From the NCBI GenBank assembly GCA_964499695.1, contig CAZCMD010000005.1, positions 1,710-65,709 of the forward strand: a stretch of 64,000 nucleotides of DNA. The letters run 5' to 3'. This stretch comes from an uncultured Desulfatiglans sp. GTDB taxonomy: Bacteria > Desulfobacterota > DSM-4660 > Desulfatiglandales > HGW-15. The position numbers and the translations under genes are program-made. The notes beneath the pieces are model-generated. The model saw only the letters and a list, made by a program, of their open reading frames with translations, was not told the origin of the DNA and searched no databases. Below, piece by piece: positions 9,752 to 20,739 of the stretch (positions within the stretch are counted from its first letter, which is position 1; every line of letters begins with the position of its first letter).

Positions 9752-9789
9752 GTCAAGTAATTAGCCTTATCTTCAGGGGCATGCCTGTA

Positions 9790-10968
9790 TCATGATCTTT
9801 TAGCCGTAGGCAGCATCACCTGTGGGTGAGTCAAGAAGAAATCCCCTTTTTTGATCCATGATTTCAGTATCTCTGCAACCTCGATAGCCCTCACATATGA
9901 AGAAAGAGGGACAGTCGGGATCTCTTTGCCATTAAATTTGATCGCACCGCTTTTGAGCTGAGCATAGTTTACCATGGAAAGGGTCTTTGACTCACCATTG
10001 GGGTAGTCACTGCTGTAATCCACGACCCGTGTGTAAATATCCTCATCGGCTACACCCGTAAACTTTGCCATATCTTCATTGAGTATGGGTATTGGAACAC
10101 CGAGACCAATATTAATACTGCATCCATAGCCCAGCATGCTTACACCGGCAATCCATTTCGGGTCCATCTGCTTCATATCGCCCATTACCATGAGTGTACC
10201 TGCACCTGATAATGGTGTGCCGTTTTTTGCCCTCTCTGCATTCGGGTTATGCTGTGTGCCGGGGCCTACAATATAACCCTCTGCCCCTCCCAGAAAGATC
10301 CTTGTCCCCATACCCAGTGTAAGGTAATAGGGATCATTGAAGAGCGGGCTTACGCAGCCAGCAGTTGCATAGTTTGCATTTCCGGCCTTTGGTTTCAGGA
10401 CACCCATGTATGTATAGATGGTCTTTGCGCTCATGTTTATCGCACAGTTATAATTCTGATAGGCATTTCTGGGGTTCAGCATGGTAGCGTAGGGCAGATC
10501 GGAAAGGGTCACCTTTTTTTCATATTCCTTTCTCGGATAGCAGTCAGTACCATAGGATGTTGCCCTCAGGGTCACCTTTTTACCTGCGATAAGGTCATGT
10601 ATTACATGGCCTCCGCCATACTTGAATTGCCCGGGATATACCCCGTTTAAGGGATCATCCTCCGCAACCTCTGTTGCCCCAATGTATGCATCGACTGCCG
10701 CAATACCACCATAAGCAGGGACATTGTTGAACCATACCTTTGATGCCCTGATTGCCGGTTTTGTGTGGCCAAAGTTAATAAATGCACCGGAGGAACACAT
10801 GGGTGAAAAGGTCCCTGTTGTGACAACATCGATCTCTGCTGCAGCAGCGCTCGCGCCCTTCTTTTTTACGATCTCTGTCATCTCATCAGCCCTGACAACT
10901 ACTGCCTTTCCTGACCTGATCTTTTTATTTATCTCTTCTATCGTCCTGGTCGTCTTTTTACTGGCCAC
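9790..10968 (-). CDS. COG1900/DUF39 homocysteine biosynthesis protein (aspartate-semialdehyde sulfurtransferase-like)
   Basis: 392 aa with a GTG start. Whole-length resemblance to the methanogen-type homocysteine synthesis protein (KAVVVRADEMTE.., VVTTGTFSPMCSSGAFINFGH). No NIL/ferredoxin partner in the window. Confidence 0.8.
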   Translation of the reverse strand: MASKKTTRTIEEINKKIRSGKAVVVRADEMTEIVKKKGASAAAAEIDVVTTGTFSPMCSSGAFINFGHTKPAIRASKVWFNNVPAYGGIAAVDAYIGATEVAEDDPLNGVYPGQFKYGGGHVIHDLIAGKKVTLRATSYGTDCYPRKEYEKKVTLSDLPYATMLNPRNAYQNYNCAINMSAKTIYTYMGVLKPKAGNANYATAGCVSPLFNDPYYLTLGMGTRIFLGGAEGYIVGPGTQHNPNAERAKNGTPLSGAGTLMVMGDMKQMDPKWIAGVSMLGYGCSINIGLGVPIPILNEDMAKFTGVADEDIYTRVVDYSSDYPNGESKTLSMVNYAQLKSGAIKFNGKEIPTVPLSSYVRAIEVAEILKSWIKKGDFFLTHPQVMLPTAKRS

Positions 10969-11166
10969 CTTTTAACACCTCCGGGATCATATTGTTATGA
11001 CATAAAAAAATCTGCCCCATTGAGGCAGCGGGGAGCAATGATAGTTCCAAAACATGGATAAGACAAGCAAAAGTTTATGTCGAAAGACCCTTGGAGATGA
11101 GGTGCATGTTGTTTGCTTGACATTTACCTACCCTTTTTATAAGCATTAAACCTTTCCCGGCTAACC

Positions 11167-12045
11167 ATGACAATTTGTGAGGTACATCCCCGGGAAAAAG
11201 CTGTTCATTATTCCATGGAGAAGTGTATGGGTAACACTGTATATGCGGGAAATATCAGGATAGACGAAAAAGGGCCATTCTTTATCATTGCCGGGCCATG
11301 CGTAATAGAGTCGGAAGAGATAACCATGAGGGTAGCCTCATTTTTAAAGGAGACATCCGAGAAGCTTGATATCCCGATCATATTCAAGACATCCTATGAC
11401 AAGGCAAACAGGACATCGGTTACCTCATACCGTGGGCCGGGCATAGAAAAGGGCCTTGAGATCATCATGAAGGTTAAAGAAAAGACAGGTCTTCCGGTAC
11501 TTTCTGACATCCATAGCCTGGATGAGGTGGATAAAGCTGCCGCAGTGCTGGATGTGCTTCAGATACCTGCCTTATTAAGCAGACAGACAGACCTCCTTTT
11601 AAAGGCGGGTAAATCAGGAAAGACGGTCAATATCAAGAAGGGTCAGTTTATTTCCCCCCTTGATTTTGAACAGGCGGTAAAAAAGGTGCTCTCAACAGGG
11701 AACAGAAATATCATGCTCACGGAAAGGGGCACATTCTTTGGGTACAATAATCTCGTTGTGGATTTCAGGGCTATCCCCATCATGAAAAACTTCGGATTCC
11801 CAGTTGTCTTTGACGCCACCCACAGTGTACAGCTCCCGGGTGGTGACGGTACAAGCTCAGGTGGCGAAAGGAAATATGCTGCATACCTCGCCCGGGCAGC
11901 AGTGGCTGCGGGTGCTAACGGTGTGTTCATGGAGGTGCACCCTGACCCTGATAATGCACTGTGTGACGGCCCTAACTCTTTACCCCTTGAAGAGGTAAAA
12001 CCGCTTATGATACTGCTCAAGGATATCCACTCCCTTGTGAGCTGA
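11167..12045 (+). CDS. kdsA: 3-deoxy-8-phosphooctulonate (KDO8P) synthase
   Basis: Typical KdsA sequence (FFIIAGPCVIES, KTSYDKANRTS, FDATHSVQLPGG). The true start is probably the internal ATG at 11215 or 11227. Confidence 0.92.
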   Translation: MTICEVHPREKAVHYSMEKCMGNTVYAGNIRIDEKGPFFIIAGPCVIESEEITMRVASFLKETSEKLDIPIIFKTSYDKANRTSVTSYRGPGIEKGLEIIMKVKEKTGLPVLSDIHSLDEVDKAAAVLDVLQIPALLSRQTDLLLKAGKSGKTVNIKKGQFISPLDFEQAVKKVLSTGNRNIMLTERGTFFGYNNLVVDFRAIPIMKNFGFPVVFDATHSVQLPGGDGTSSGGERKYAAYLARAAVAAGANGVFMEVHPDPDNALCDGPNSLPLEEVKPLMILLKDIHSLVS

Positions 12046-12063
12046 TCACTGGAGAAATGAATT

Positions 12064-12600
12064 ATGGTAGAAGAAAAGGCAAAGAGGATTGAGCTCCTTG
12101 TACTTGATGTGGACGGCGTAATGACGGACGGCCGCATAGTGATGAATGACCTGGGGCAAGAAATAAAATTTTTCAATGTAAGGGACGGACACGGTATAAG
12201 GCTTTTACTTTATGCAGGCATTGACGTGGCCATTATTACCGGGAGGGAGTCCGAGGCAGTGAGGTTCAGGGCGGCTGACCTGGGAATTACAATGGTCTAT
12301 CAGGGGGTCAAGGACAAGGAAGGAATATGTAAAAAGATAATGGCGGAAAAGGGCCTTGAAAAGGATCAGGTCTGCTGCATGGGTGATGATCTTCCTGATT
12401 TACCCATGTTAAGGTGTGCGGGCCTTCCTGTTGCTGTGGCAGATGCCACTATTGAAACCCGTGATGCAGCTCTTTACATAACAAAGGCCCCGGGTGGTTA
12501 TGGAGCGGTAAGGGAGATGTGCGAGATCATCCTCAAGGCAAAGGGGGCATGGCCGGAAATTAAAGGAATTAATGAAAAAACCAAATTAGGCTTTACATAG
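12064..12600 (+). CDS. kdsC: KDO 8-phosphate phosphatase (HAD-IIIA)
   Basis: 178 aa with HAD motif LVLDVDGVMTDG and the GDDLPD motif. Position between kdsA and lptC. Confidence 0.9.
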   Translation: MVEEKAKRIELLVLDVDGVMTDGRIVMNDLGQEIKFFNVRDGHGIRLLLYAGIDVAIITGRESEAVRFRAADLGITMVYQGVKDKEGICKKIMAEKGLEKDQVCCMGDDLPDLPMLRCAGLPVAVADATIETRDAALYITKAPGGYGAVREMCEIILKAKGAWPEIKGINEKTKLGFT

Positions 12601-12630
12601 TAAAAATGTATCTGGTATAATTATTGCAGT

Positions 12631-13206
12631 ATGGCAAGGCTCCCTAAAAAATCGCTGCCATTAATCGGGGTTGTTCTTCTGTTGTCTCTCATCGGATTTT
12701 TTCTTGTAAAAACCGATAAAGGAGAATCAGAGAAGGAGATACCTGAGGTGACAGTCCCGAAAGCGGATATCAGCTCAGAAAATTTTGTGATTACTGAGAC
12801 TGATCCCGATAAAGGTACTAAACTGACACTTGAGGCTGATGAGGGTAGTTTTTCTACTGAAAAGGATGATGAAATCGGTCGCTTCAAGGGGTTCAGGCTG
12901 AAATACCAGACAAAAGAGGCCCTTGATTTTGAATTCGAAGGAAAAAGCGGGGAGATCAATAGGGCAAAAAATGAGATCAACCTCACTGGTGGGCTTAAGG
13001 GTAAAACAGCAGATGGTTATCTCATATACACCGAGCGAATAACGATTCAACTGAAAGATAACTGTATTAAATCCGATGAGGCTGTTACCGTAGAGGGGCC
13101 TTTTTTCAGGATAACCGGCAGGGGTTTATATATGGATCTGGAAAAGAAAACACTGGAAATACTCAAAGATGTAAATTCGGTCTTTGATACAGGGGCCCTT
13201 GATTAA
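12631..13206 (+). CDS. lptC: LPS export system protein LptC
   Basis: 191 aa with a single N-terminal TM helix then a beta-jellyroll-like region. Conserved position kdsC-lptC-lptA-lptB. Confidence 0.75.
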   Translation: MARLPKKSLPLIGVVLLLSLIGFFLVKTDKGESEKEIPEVTVPKADISSENFVITETDPDKGTKLTLEADEGSFSTEKDDEIGRFKGFRLKYQTKEALDFEFEGKSGEINRAKNEINLTGGLKGKTADGYLIYTERITIQLKDNCIKSDEAVTVEGPFFRITGRGLYMDLEKKTLEILKDVNSVFDTGALD

Positions 13207-13754
13207 TGAAACAGTTACACAATATCTTACTGATATTCATACCATTATTTATATTGCTGCCCGGTAGTGCTTATCCGGAGACAAAAAAAATAAAAAATAT
13301 CTTTGGCACCCAGGACGGGGAGATAAAAATAGAGTCTATCTCCTATAAAATGTACATGAAAGAGTCAAAGGCAACCTTTAATGGTGATGTAAGGCTTGAT
13401 GGTTTTAAGGTTGAAGGTGATGATATTACCATGTCCTGTCAGAAGCTTGAGTTGTATTTGAAAAATACAGGCAAGGATACTTCTATACAATCAAACGACA
13501 TAGAAAAGATTATTGCTACAGAATCAATAGTAATCAAACGTTCAGATGGAAGTTATGCAACAGCAGAAAAGGCGGAATATGTTATAGAATCCGGAAAGAT
13601 AATCCTTACAGGGAACCCTTATTTTAAATATAGCAAAGGCGGTGAAGGGCATGGCCTAAAGATTACATATGATATAAAAGAAGAAAGTTTTAGTGTTGAA
13701 GGAACAAAAGAGGATAAGGCAACATTATCCCGAACCGGAAAGGATGAAAGGTAA
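13206..13754 (+). CDS. lptA: LPS transport periplasmic protein LptA (OstA-like)
   Basis: 182 aa with a signal peptide and OstA-type repeats (ATFNGDVRL, ITMSCQKLELY, ILTGNPYF). Start overlaps the lptC stop. Confidence 0.8.
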   Translation: MKQLHNILLIFIPLFILLPGSAYPETKKIKNIFGTQDGEIKIESISYKMYMKESKATFNGDVRLDGFKVEGDDITMSCQKLELYLKNTGKDTSIQSNDIEKIIATESIVIKRSDGSYATAEKAEYVIESGKIILTGNPYFKYSKGGEGHGLKITYDIKEESFSVEGTKEDKATLSRTGKDER

Positions 13755-13759
13755 CAATA

Positions 13760-14494
13760 TTGTCTATACCGGTTGAAAAATTAGAGGCAAGGGATGTTGC
13801 CAAGATATATAAGGGTAAAAGGGTAGTTGATAAGATAAATATCAGCATAGAAAGGGGTAGTATTGTCGGGCTCCTGGGCCCGAACGGTGCAGGAAAGACA
13901 ACCACCTTTTACATGATGATAGGACGGGTAAGGCCGGATGAGGGAAGCATCCTGCTCGACGGCAATGATATAACAGATGATCCCATGTATATGAGGGCAA
14001 GGAAGGGGATAAGTTATCTGCCCCAGGAGCCGTCTGTTTTTAGAAAACTGACCGTTTATGAGAATATACTTGCGGTTGTAGAAGGAAACAATTATTCTTC
14101 AACCGAAATAAAAGAGAGGGTGAACAGGTTTCTTAACGATCTGGACATAAAACACCTGGCAGGGCAGAAGGCATCGTCCCTTTCAGGCGGAGAAAGAAGA
14201 AGGCTGGAGATCTCAAGGGCGCTTGTATCGGAACCCAGGTTCATGCTGCTGGATGAGCCCTTTGCCGGGATAGACCCGCTGATTATTAATGATATAAAAC
14301 AGATCATAAGGCGGCTAAAGGAAAAGGGGATAGGGATAATAATCACGGATCACAATGTAAGAGAGACCCTTGATGTATGTGATGCCGCTTATCTGGTTAA
14401 ACAGGGGAATATAGTTGAATACGGGTCGCCCGGGGATATACTGAACAGCAAGGTTGCAAGGGATGTATATCTGGGTGAAGACTTTAATATGTAA
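13760..14494 (+). CDS. lptB: LPS export ABC transporter ATPase LptB
   Basis: 244 aa with Walker A GPNGAGKTT, signature LSGGERRR and Walker B LLDEP. TTG start. Confidence 0.95.
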   Translation: MSIPVEKLEARDVAKIYKGKRVVDKINISIERGSIVGLLGPNGAGKTTTFYMMIGRVRPDEGSILLDGNDITDDPMYMRARKGISYLPQEPSVFRKLTVYENILAVVEGNNYSSTEIKERVNRFLNDLDIKHLAGQKASSLSGGERRRLEISRALVSEPRFMLLDEPFAGIDPLIINDIKQIIRRLKEKGIGIIITDHNVRETLDVCDAAYLVKQGNIVEYGSPGDILNSKVARDVYLGEDFNM

Positions 14495-14526
14495 TGACAA
14501 CACTAATGGATTAAAAACAAGGTCAA

Positions 14527-15975
14527 ATGGCGCTTCAACTTAAACAATCTCTAAGCCTCTCCCAGCAGCTCATAATGACCCCGCAGCTGCAGCAGGCAAT
14601 TAAACTCTTACAGCTCTCAAGGCTTGAACTGCTTGAAACCATTACACAGGAAATGGAGACAAACCCGCTCCTTGATGAACAGTCACAAGGGGATACGGAA
14701 GGCGATAATATCGAGATCGTTGAAGATGCCATTTCTTCACCCGAAGAACAGCCGGCAAAAGAGGTCACCATAGATGAAAATGCCACAAACGATACTGTAG
14801 ACTGGGAGACCTATATCTCGGAATATAACACAGGATGGGCAGACACCCCCTACCAGGGTAAGGAGGCCCCTGCCTTTGAAAACATGAATCAGGAGAAGAC
14901 AAGCCTTAACTCTCACCTGATGTGGCAACTTTCGCTGAGTCATCTGGATGATAAACAGAAGGAGATAGGCATTCAGATTATAGGGAATATAGATGAGGAT
15001 GGCTATCTCCAGATATCCATGGAGGAGCTTTGTGAGGCAACCGGATGCACTGAAGAGGAGATTGTTTATACCCTTAATGCAATACAGAATTTTGATCCGA
15101 TCGGGGTCTGCGCAAGGGATACAAGGGAATGCCTCCTTATCCAGGCCAGGTTCCAGAATCTAACGGGTACGATTGTCGAAAAGATAATCATGGATCATAT
15201 GGACAACCTGGAAAACAAGCGGTACGACAAGATAGCAAAGAGTCTTTCCATAGGCATGCCGGAGGTATATAAGGCGGTTGAAATAATCACCAATCTCGAA
15301 CCGAAACCGGGCAGGCTTTACAGTGAAGACGATACAATATATATAAGCCCGGATATCTATGTGTTCAAGGTGGGGGATGATTATGAGATCGTGTTGAATG
15401 AGGACGGTCTGCCCAAGCTTAAAATAAACAGCTACTACAAGGAGATACTAAATGATAACGGGGCATCTCCCGGTGATGAAAAGACAAAGGAGTATATCCT
15501 TGATAAGATGAAATCGGCTGCGTGGCTGATCAAAAGTATTCATCAGAGACAGAGAACCATCTATAAGGTAACGGAGAGCATAGTCCAGTTTCAGAGGAAA
15601 TTTTTTGATCACGGGGTAACGCACCTTAAACCCCTTGTATTAAGGGATGTGGCCGAGCATATACAGATGCATGAATCTACAATAAGCAGGGTGACCACCA
15701 ATAAATATGTCCACACCCCCCAGGGGGTTTTTGAGCTGAAATATTTTTTTAACAGTGCAATCAACAGCATGGAAGGTGATTCTATTGCATCTGAAAGCGT
15801 TAAGGAGCACATCAGAAACATCATAAAGTCAGAAAATAAAAGCAATCCATACAGTGACCAGGAGGTTGCTGATATGCTTAAAAATCATAATATTGATGTT
15901 GCCCGAAGGACTGTGGCAAAATACAGGGAAACCCTTGGAATTTTGCCATCAAGAAAAAGACGGGAACTGTTTTAA
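14527..15975 (+). CDS. rpoN: RNA polymerase sigma-54 factor
   Basis: 482 aa with Gln-rich region I (LKQSLSLSQQLIMTPQLQQAIKLLQLS) and the C-terminal RpoN box (ARRTVAKYRE). Confidence 0.97.
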   Translation: MALQLKQSLSLSQQLIMTPQLQQAIKLLQLSRLELLETITQEMETNPLLDEQSQGDTEGDNIEIVEDAISSPEEQPAKEVTIDENATNDTVDWETYISEYNTGWADTPYQGKEAPAFENMNQEKTSLNSHLMWQLSLSHLDDKQKEIGIQIIGNIDEDGYLQISMEELCEATGCTEEEIVYTLNAIQNFDPIGVCARDTRECLLIQARFQNLTGTIVEKIIMDHMDNLENKRYDKIAKSLSIGMPEVYKAVEIITNLEPKPGRLYSEDDTIYISPDIYVFKVGDDYEIVLNEDGLPKLKINSYYKEILNDNGASPGDEKTKEYILDKMKSAAWLIKSIHQRQRTIYKVTESIVQFQRKFFDHGVTHLKPLVLRDVAEHIQMHESTISRVTTNKYVHTPQGVFELKYFFNSAINSMEGDSIASESVKEHIRNIIKSENKSNPYSDQEVADMLKNHNIDVARRTVAKYRETLGILPSRKRRELF

Positions 15976-16071
15976 TGATTATATTGATTTCAAACTGATC
16001 GGGAACAGGGTATTATACAGGTTAAAAGGACATTCCCGGCTTATTAACAAAAACTCTACAGGAGGTATTCT

Positions 16072-16602
16072 ATGGACATCACCGTAACGTTCAGACACAT
16101 TGACTCAACAGAAAGTCTAAAAGAGTACGCAGAAGAAAAATTATCTAAAATAGGTAAATATTTTGATTTTCCAGTAGAAGCTCATGTTGTGCTTACAGCC
16201 GAAAAATTCAGAAGAATGGCTGATGTGACCATAAATGTAAACGGCACGGTAATAAAGGCAGAAGAGGTAACCGAAGATATGTACGCTGCCATAGACCAGG
16301 TTATGGATAAAATAGAGATCCAGGTCAAAAGGTACAGGGAAAAGATAAGAAGCAGACGGAGTAAAACAGAGGGATCGCTTACTGGCGGACAGGGTGATGA
16401 GACTGGTGAATCAGCAGCAGATGAGCCGGATATTAAGATAGAAAAGCTGGTTGCCAAACCAATGGATGCAGAAGAGGCAGCCATGCAACTCACTATTTCC
16501 CTGCAGGATTTTCTGGTATTCAGAAATCCCAGGTCCGGGGATATAAATGTAATTTACAAAAGAAAGGACGGGAATCTTGGGTTGATAGAACCGGCAGCAT
16601 AA
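16072..16602 (+). CDS. hpf: Ribosome hibernation-promoting factor, long form
   Basis: 176 aa with an S30AE N-domain and a C-terminal dimerisation domain (KLVAKPMDAEEA). Follows rpoN. Confidence 0.93.
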   Translation: MDITVTFRHIDSTESLKEYAEEKLSKIGKYFDFPVEAHVVLTAEKFRRMADVTINVNGTVIKAEEVTEDMYAAIDQVMDKIEIQVKRYREKIRSRRSKTEGSLTGGQGDETGESAADEPDIKIEKLVAKPMDAEEAAMQLTISLQDFLVFRNPRSGDINVIYKRKDGNLGLIEPAA

Positions 16603-16716
16603 CGTATAGATACTGAACGGCTGTTCAGGATCTGCCGGGGAAAGGGCATACTCTAAAAAAGTGCGGCCCTTTCCTGCTATCTCTGAAAATAAATGAAAAA
16701 CCTTTGAAAAAATATT

Positions 16717-17178
16717 ATGAAACTATCAGACCTTTTGGATATAAAAAATATTAATATTGCCATGAAGGCAACGAACAAAAATCTGGCTATCGAAGAGCTG
16801 GCAGGCTTGATTGTTGAGTCAAACCCTTCCATAAAAAGGGATGACCTGATCAAAATCCTGCTGGAAAGGGAAAGATTGGGCAGCACAGGTATTGGTGACG
16901 GGGTTGCCATACCCCATGGCAAGGTTCCCGGGATCATGGAGCCTATTATCTCCTTTGGAAGGAGCGAGAAGGGGATTGATTTTGATTCCATGGACGGGCA
17001 GCCCGCATACCTGTTTTTTCTACTTGTTGCGCCTGAAAATTCAGCCAATATCCATTTGAAGGCCCTTGCGAAGATAGCCAAAATATTAAAAAACCAATTA
17101 TTTCGTAAACAATTGCTTGAGGCTAAAACCAGAGAAGCTATATATAAAGTTATAATAAATGATGATGAGGAACTCTGA
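16717..17178 (+). CDS. ptsN: PTS-Ntr EIIA component PtsN
   Basis: 153 aa with active-site region GIGDGVAIPHGK. Conserved rpoN-hpf-ptsN order. Confidence 0.9.
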   Translation: MKLSDLLDIKNINIAMKATNKNLAIEELAGLIVESNPSIKRDDLIKILLERERLGSTGIGDGVAIPHGKVPGIMEPIISFGRSEKGIDFDSMDGQPAYLFFLLVAPENSANIHLKALAKIAKILKNQLFRKQLLEAKTREAIYKVIINDDEEL

Positions 17179-17285
17179 CAGACTGCATAACAGAGGCGCT
17201 GGCTAAAGGTAATAGAAGCAGGTCTTTTGCCAGATGACCCTCTTCTATAATAACTATTAAAATAAAAGAACAAACAGGACAGACC

Positions 17286-17681
17286 ATGATAGGCTTATTA
17301 ATTGTTACACATTGTGACCTTGGGAAGGAATTCTTGAATGCCGCGGAATTTATCGTCGGGAGCGTGCAGGGTGCTGGTTATATTTCAATTATCCAGACCT
17401 CAGACTCAGAGGCGATCCACAGGGCAATAGCTGAAAAAATTACCTCTCTTAATACCGGAGATGGGGTGATAATATTAACAGATATGTTCGGCGGCACACC
17501 CTCAAACATAAGCCTGTCATTTTTAAAGGATGAAATGGTGGAGGTCATAACAGGAGTGAACCTCCCGATGGTGCTGGCCATTGCCCAGAACAGAGAGGGG
17601 TGCACCCTGAGTGCACTGGCAAAAAAGGCGCAGGAGGCAGCCAAAATGGGGATTTCCCTTGCGGGAAACCTCCTTAAATGA
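17286..17681 (+). CDS. PTS mannose/fructose-family EIIA domain protein
   Basis: 131 aa with an N-terminus MIGLLIVTHCDLG (His near position 9) typical of EIIA-Man. Confidence 0.8.
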   Translation: MIGLLIVTHCDLGKEFLNAAEFIVGSVQGAGYISIIQTSDSEAIHRAIAEKITSLNTGDGVIILTDMFGGTPSNISLSFLKDEMVEVITGVNLPMVLAIAQNREGCTLSALAKKAQEAAKMGISLAGNLLK

Positions 17682-18187
17682 CCTTCAGGTTTACGGGCGC
17701 GTGTGTGGATTACAGCCTGAAAAAGGAATGGCCTGATTTTAAGGCATATGCAGATCAGGTTATTGAAATTGAAAGGGCCTCTTTTCCTGTGCCATGGAGT
17801 GAAAGGTCTTTTGAAGAGGAGATAAACAGGGGTATCTCAAATTTATGGGCACTGGTCTCCGAGCAAAAGGTTTATGCATATATCTGTTTCTGGATGTTCG
17901 ATAAAGAGATACACATACTTAACTTTGCTGTACATCCGGATAAAAGGAGGCAGGGCCTTGGCAGGTATCTTTTAATGATGGTAATTGATACCGGTAAGAC
18001 CAGCGGAATAGAAAATATATGGCTTGAGGTCAGGCAGTCAAATAGCCCGGCCCTCTCCATTTATAAAAAATTCGGGTTTAATGATGTGGGCCGCAGGAAG
18101 GGCTATTACAGTGATTCTCAGGAGGATGCTATTATAATGGCACTTGATCTGACAGAAAACACTGTTCATGGTGTAAACGGTTCATAA
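17678..18187 (+). CDS. rimI: GNAT N-acetyltransferase, RimI-like
   Basis: 169 aa. Contains FPVPWSERSFEEE, LNFAVHPDKRRQGLGRYLL and YKKFGF. Confidence 0.8.
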   Translation: MTFRFTGACVDYSLKKEWPDFKAYADQVIEIERASFPVPWSERSFEEEINRGISNLWALVSEQKVYAYICFWMFDKEIHILNFAVHPDKRRQGLGRYLLMMVIDTGKTSGIENIWLEVRQSNSPALSIYKKFGFNDVGRRKGYYSDSQEDAIIMALDLTENTVHGVNGS

Positions 18188-18230
18188 TTATGCCGGACCA
18201 ATCAGAACCCGTTAAATGGTTCAGGCTTGA

Positions 18231-19316
<1,086 letters not shown>

Positions 19317-19335
19317 AAATTAATGGAGATGTATC

Positions 19336-20100
19336 ATGTCTGAACGTACACCAATGATCGCTGGAAACTGGAAGATGAACCTGGGATTAAAAGAATCCCG
19401 TGATCTGGTAAAATCAATTGCAGAAGGGATAAAGGCAGTGGGTGATGTTGATGTGCTTGTTGCCCCGCCATTTATCAATATACCGGCAGTTAAAAGTGCT
19501 ATTGGCAAAAGCGGTATCCTTTTGGCTGCCCAGAATATGTATCATGAAAAAAACGGGGCATATACCGGTGAGGTTGCACCCCAGATGCTTCTGGAAAATG
19601 GCTGTACCCATGTAATACTGGGCCATTCCGAAAGAAGGAACATTTTTGGCGAGACAAGTGAAACGGTCAACAAAAAGGTTGAGGCGGCCATTAAGGCGGG
19701 GCTCATCCCCATTGTGTGTATTGGTGAAACCATCAAGGAAAGGGAGGCTGGAAAGACCTTTGATATTTTAGGAGCACAACTGGAAGGTTCCCTTGCCTAT
19801 TTTATCTCAAAGGAGAGCATTTCCCAGAGTACGATAATCGCATATGAGCCGGTCTGGGCAATCGGCACAGGGCTTACCGCAACACCAGAGCAGGCCCAGG
19901 AGGTGCATAAGTTTATCAGGGCATGGCTCAAGGACAGGTTTGACAAAGAGAGTTCCGATACAATACGGATACTGTATGGCGGGAGCGTAAAACCGGAAAA
20001 CGCCCCTGATCTTATGTCAATGCCGGATATTGATGGTGCCCTGGTCGGGGGGGCAAGCCTTACCGCCGCCTCTTTTCTGGGGATTATCAAATACAAATAA
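19336..20100 (+). CDS. tpiA: Triose-phosphate isomerase
   Basis: 254 aa with IAGNWKMN, ILGHSERR and AYEPVWAIGTG. Confidence 0.97.
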   Translation: MSERTPMIAGNWKMNLGLKESRDLVKSIAEGIKAVGDVDVLVAPPFINIPAVKSAIGKSGILLAAQNMYHEKNGAYTGEVAPQMLLENGCTHVILGHSERRNIFGETSETVNKKVEAAIKAGLIPIVCIGETIKEREAGKTFDILGAQLEGSLAYFISKESISQSTIIAYEPVWAIGTGLTATPEQAQEVHKFIRAWLKDRFDKESSDTIRILYGGSVKPENAPDLMSMPDIDGALVGGASLTAASFLGIIKYK

Positions 20101-20276
20101 TTTATAATCTATAACCGGGGGCTTAATTTGCTAACAGCCCCTGGTTATAAACAAATACAGGTCGTAAAAAAATTTTTATTGATTTTTTTAAATTTAAAAC
20201 ATATATTTCCGAATTCTTTTAGGATAGGTATTAATAAAAAACCTCACGATTTCAGGTGAGTAGCAGGGATAAAAAA

Positions 20277-20594
20277 ATGATACTAGTAGTAATATTACAT
20301 GTAATTGTTTGTATTGCCCTTATTTTAATAGTCCTTTTACAGAAGGGCAAGGGTGCAGACATGGGAGCAGCCTTTGGAGGCTCAAGCCAGGCGGTATTCG
20401 GGGGTGCAGGTGCCTCTTCCTTTTTATCAAAGATAACAACAGCTGCTGCTATTGTATTTGTGATTACATGTTTACTGCTTACAGTCCTTGGAAAGAATAG
20501 AAGTGAATCCATCATGGATGGGGCGCAGGTTAAGACCCCTGCTGCACAGACCGGGAGCGCTTCAACCGGGGATAAGCAGGCAGAAAAGAAATAA
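20277..20594 (+). CDS. secG: Preprotein translocase subunit SecG
   Basis: Two TM helices flank LLQKGKGADMGAAFGG. ATG 20277 is preferred over the upstream GTG 20256. Followed by tRNA-Leu as in the E. coli secG-leuU arrangement. Confidence 0.85.
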   Translation: MILVVILHVIVCIALILIVLLQKGKGADMGAAFGGSSQAVFGGAGASSFLSKITTAAAIVFVITCLLLTVLGKNRSESIMDGAQVKTPAAQTGSASTGDKQAEKK

Positions 20595-20606
20595 GGTTTT
20601 TTAAAT

Positions 20607-20691
20607 GCCGAAGTGGTGGAATTGGTAGACACACTATCTTGAGGGGGTAGCGGGGAGACCCGTGCGGGTTCAAATCCCGCCTTCGGCACCA
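20607..20691 (+). tRNA. leuU: tRNA-Leu (anticodon GAG), class II with long variable arm, CCA encoded
   Basis: Acceptor stem gccgaag/cttcggc. Anticodon stem ctatc/ggtag with loop ttGAGgg. T-arm gcgggttcaaatcccgc. 3' terminal acca. Confidence 0.93.
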
Positions 20692-20701
20692 TATATATAA
20701 T

Positions 20702-20733
20702 ATAAGCCGTAATCTTAACAGGTTACGGCTTAT
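20702..20733. terminator. Bidirectional hairpin between tRNA-Leu and hcp
   Basis: 11-bp stem ataagccgtaa/ttacggcttat followed by ttatttc on the plus strand. Confidence 0.5.
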
Positions 20734-20739
20734 TTATTT

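Noticed and set aside
16677-17273. Long antisense ORFs opposite well-supported genes (16677-17273 opposite ptsN, 11643-12176 opposite kdsA, 20252-20692 opposite secG/tRNA, 35318-35800 opposite cupin 1, 42260-42802 opposite secA, 43979-44446 opposite argJ, 30349-30798 opposite the nagB fusion)
   Set aside because: In every case the opposite strand carries a gene with clear family motifs. The antisense translations are low-complexity (Ser/Leu/Ile/Phe-rich) with no recognisable motifs. These are typical shadow ORFs.
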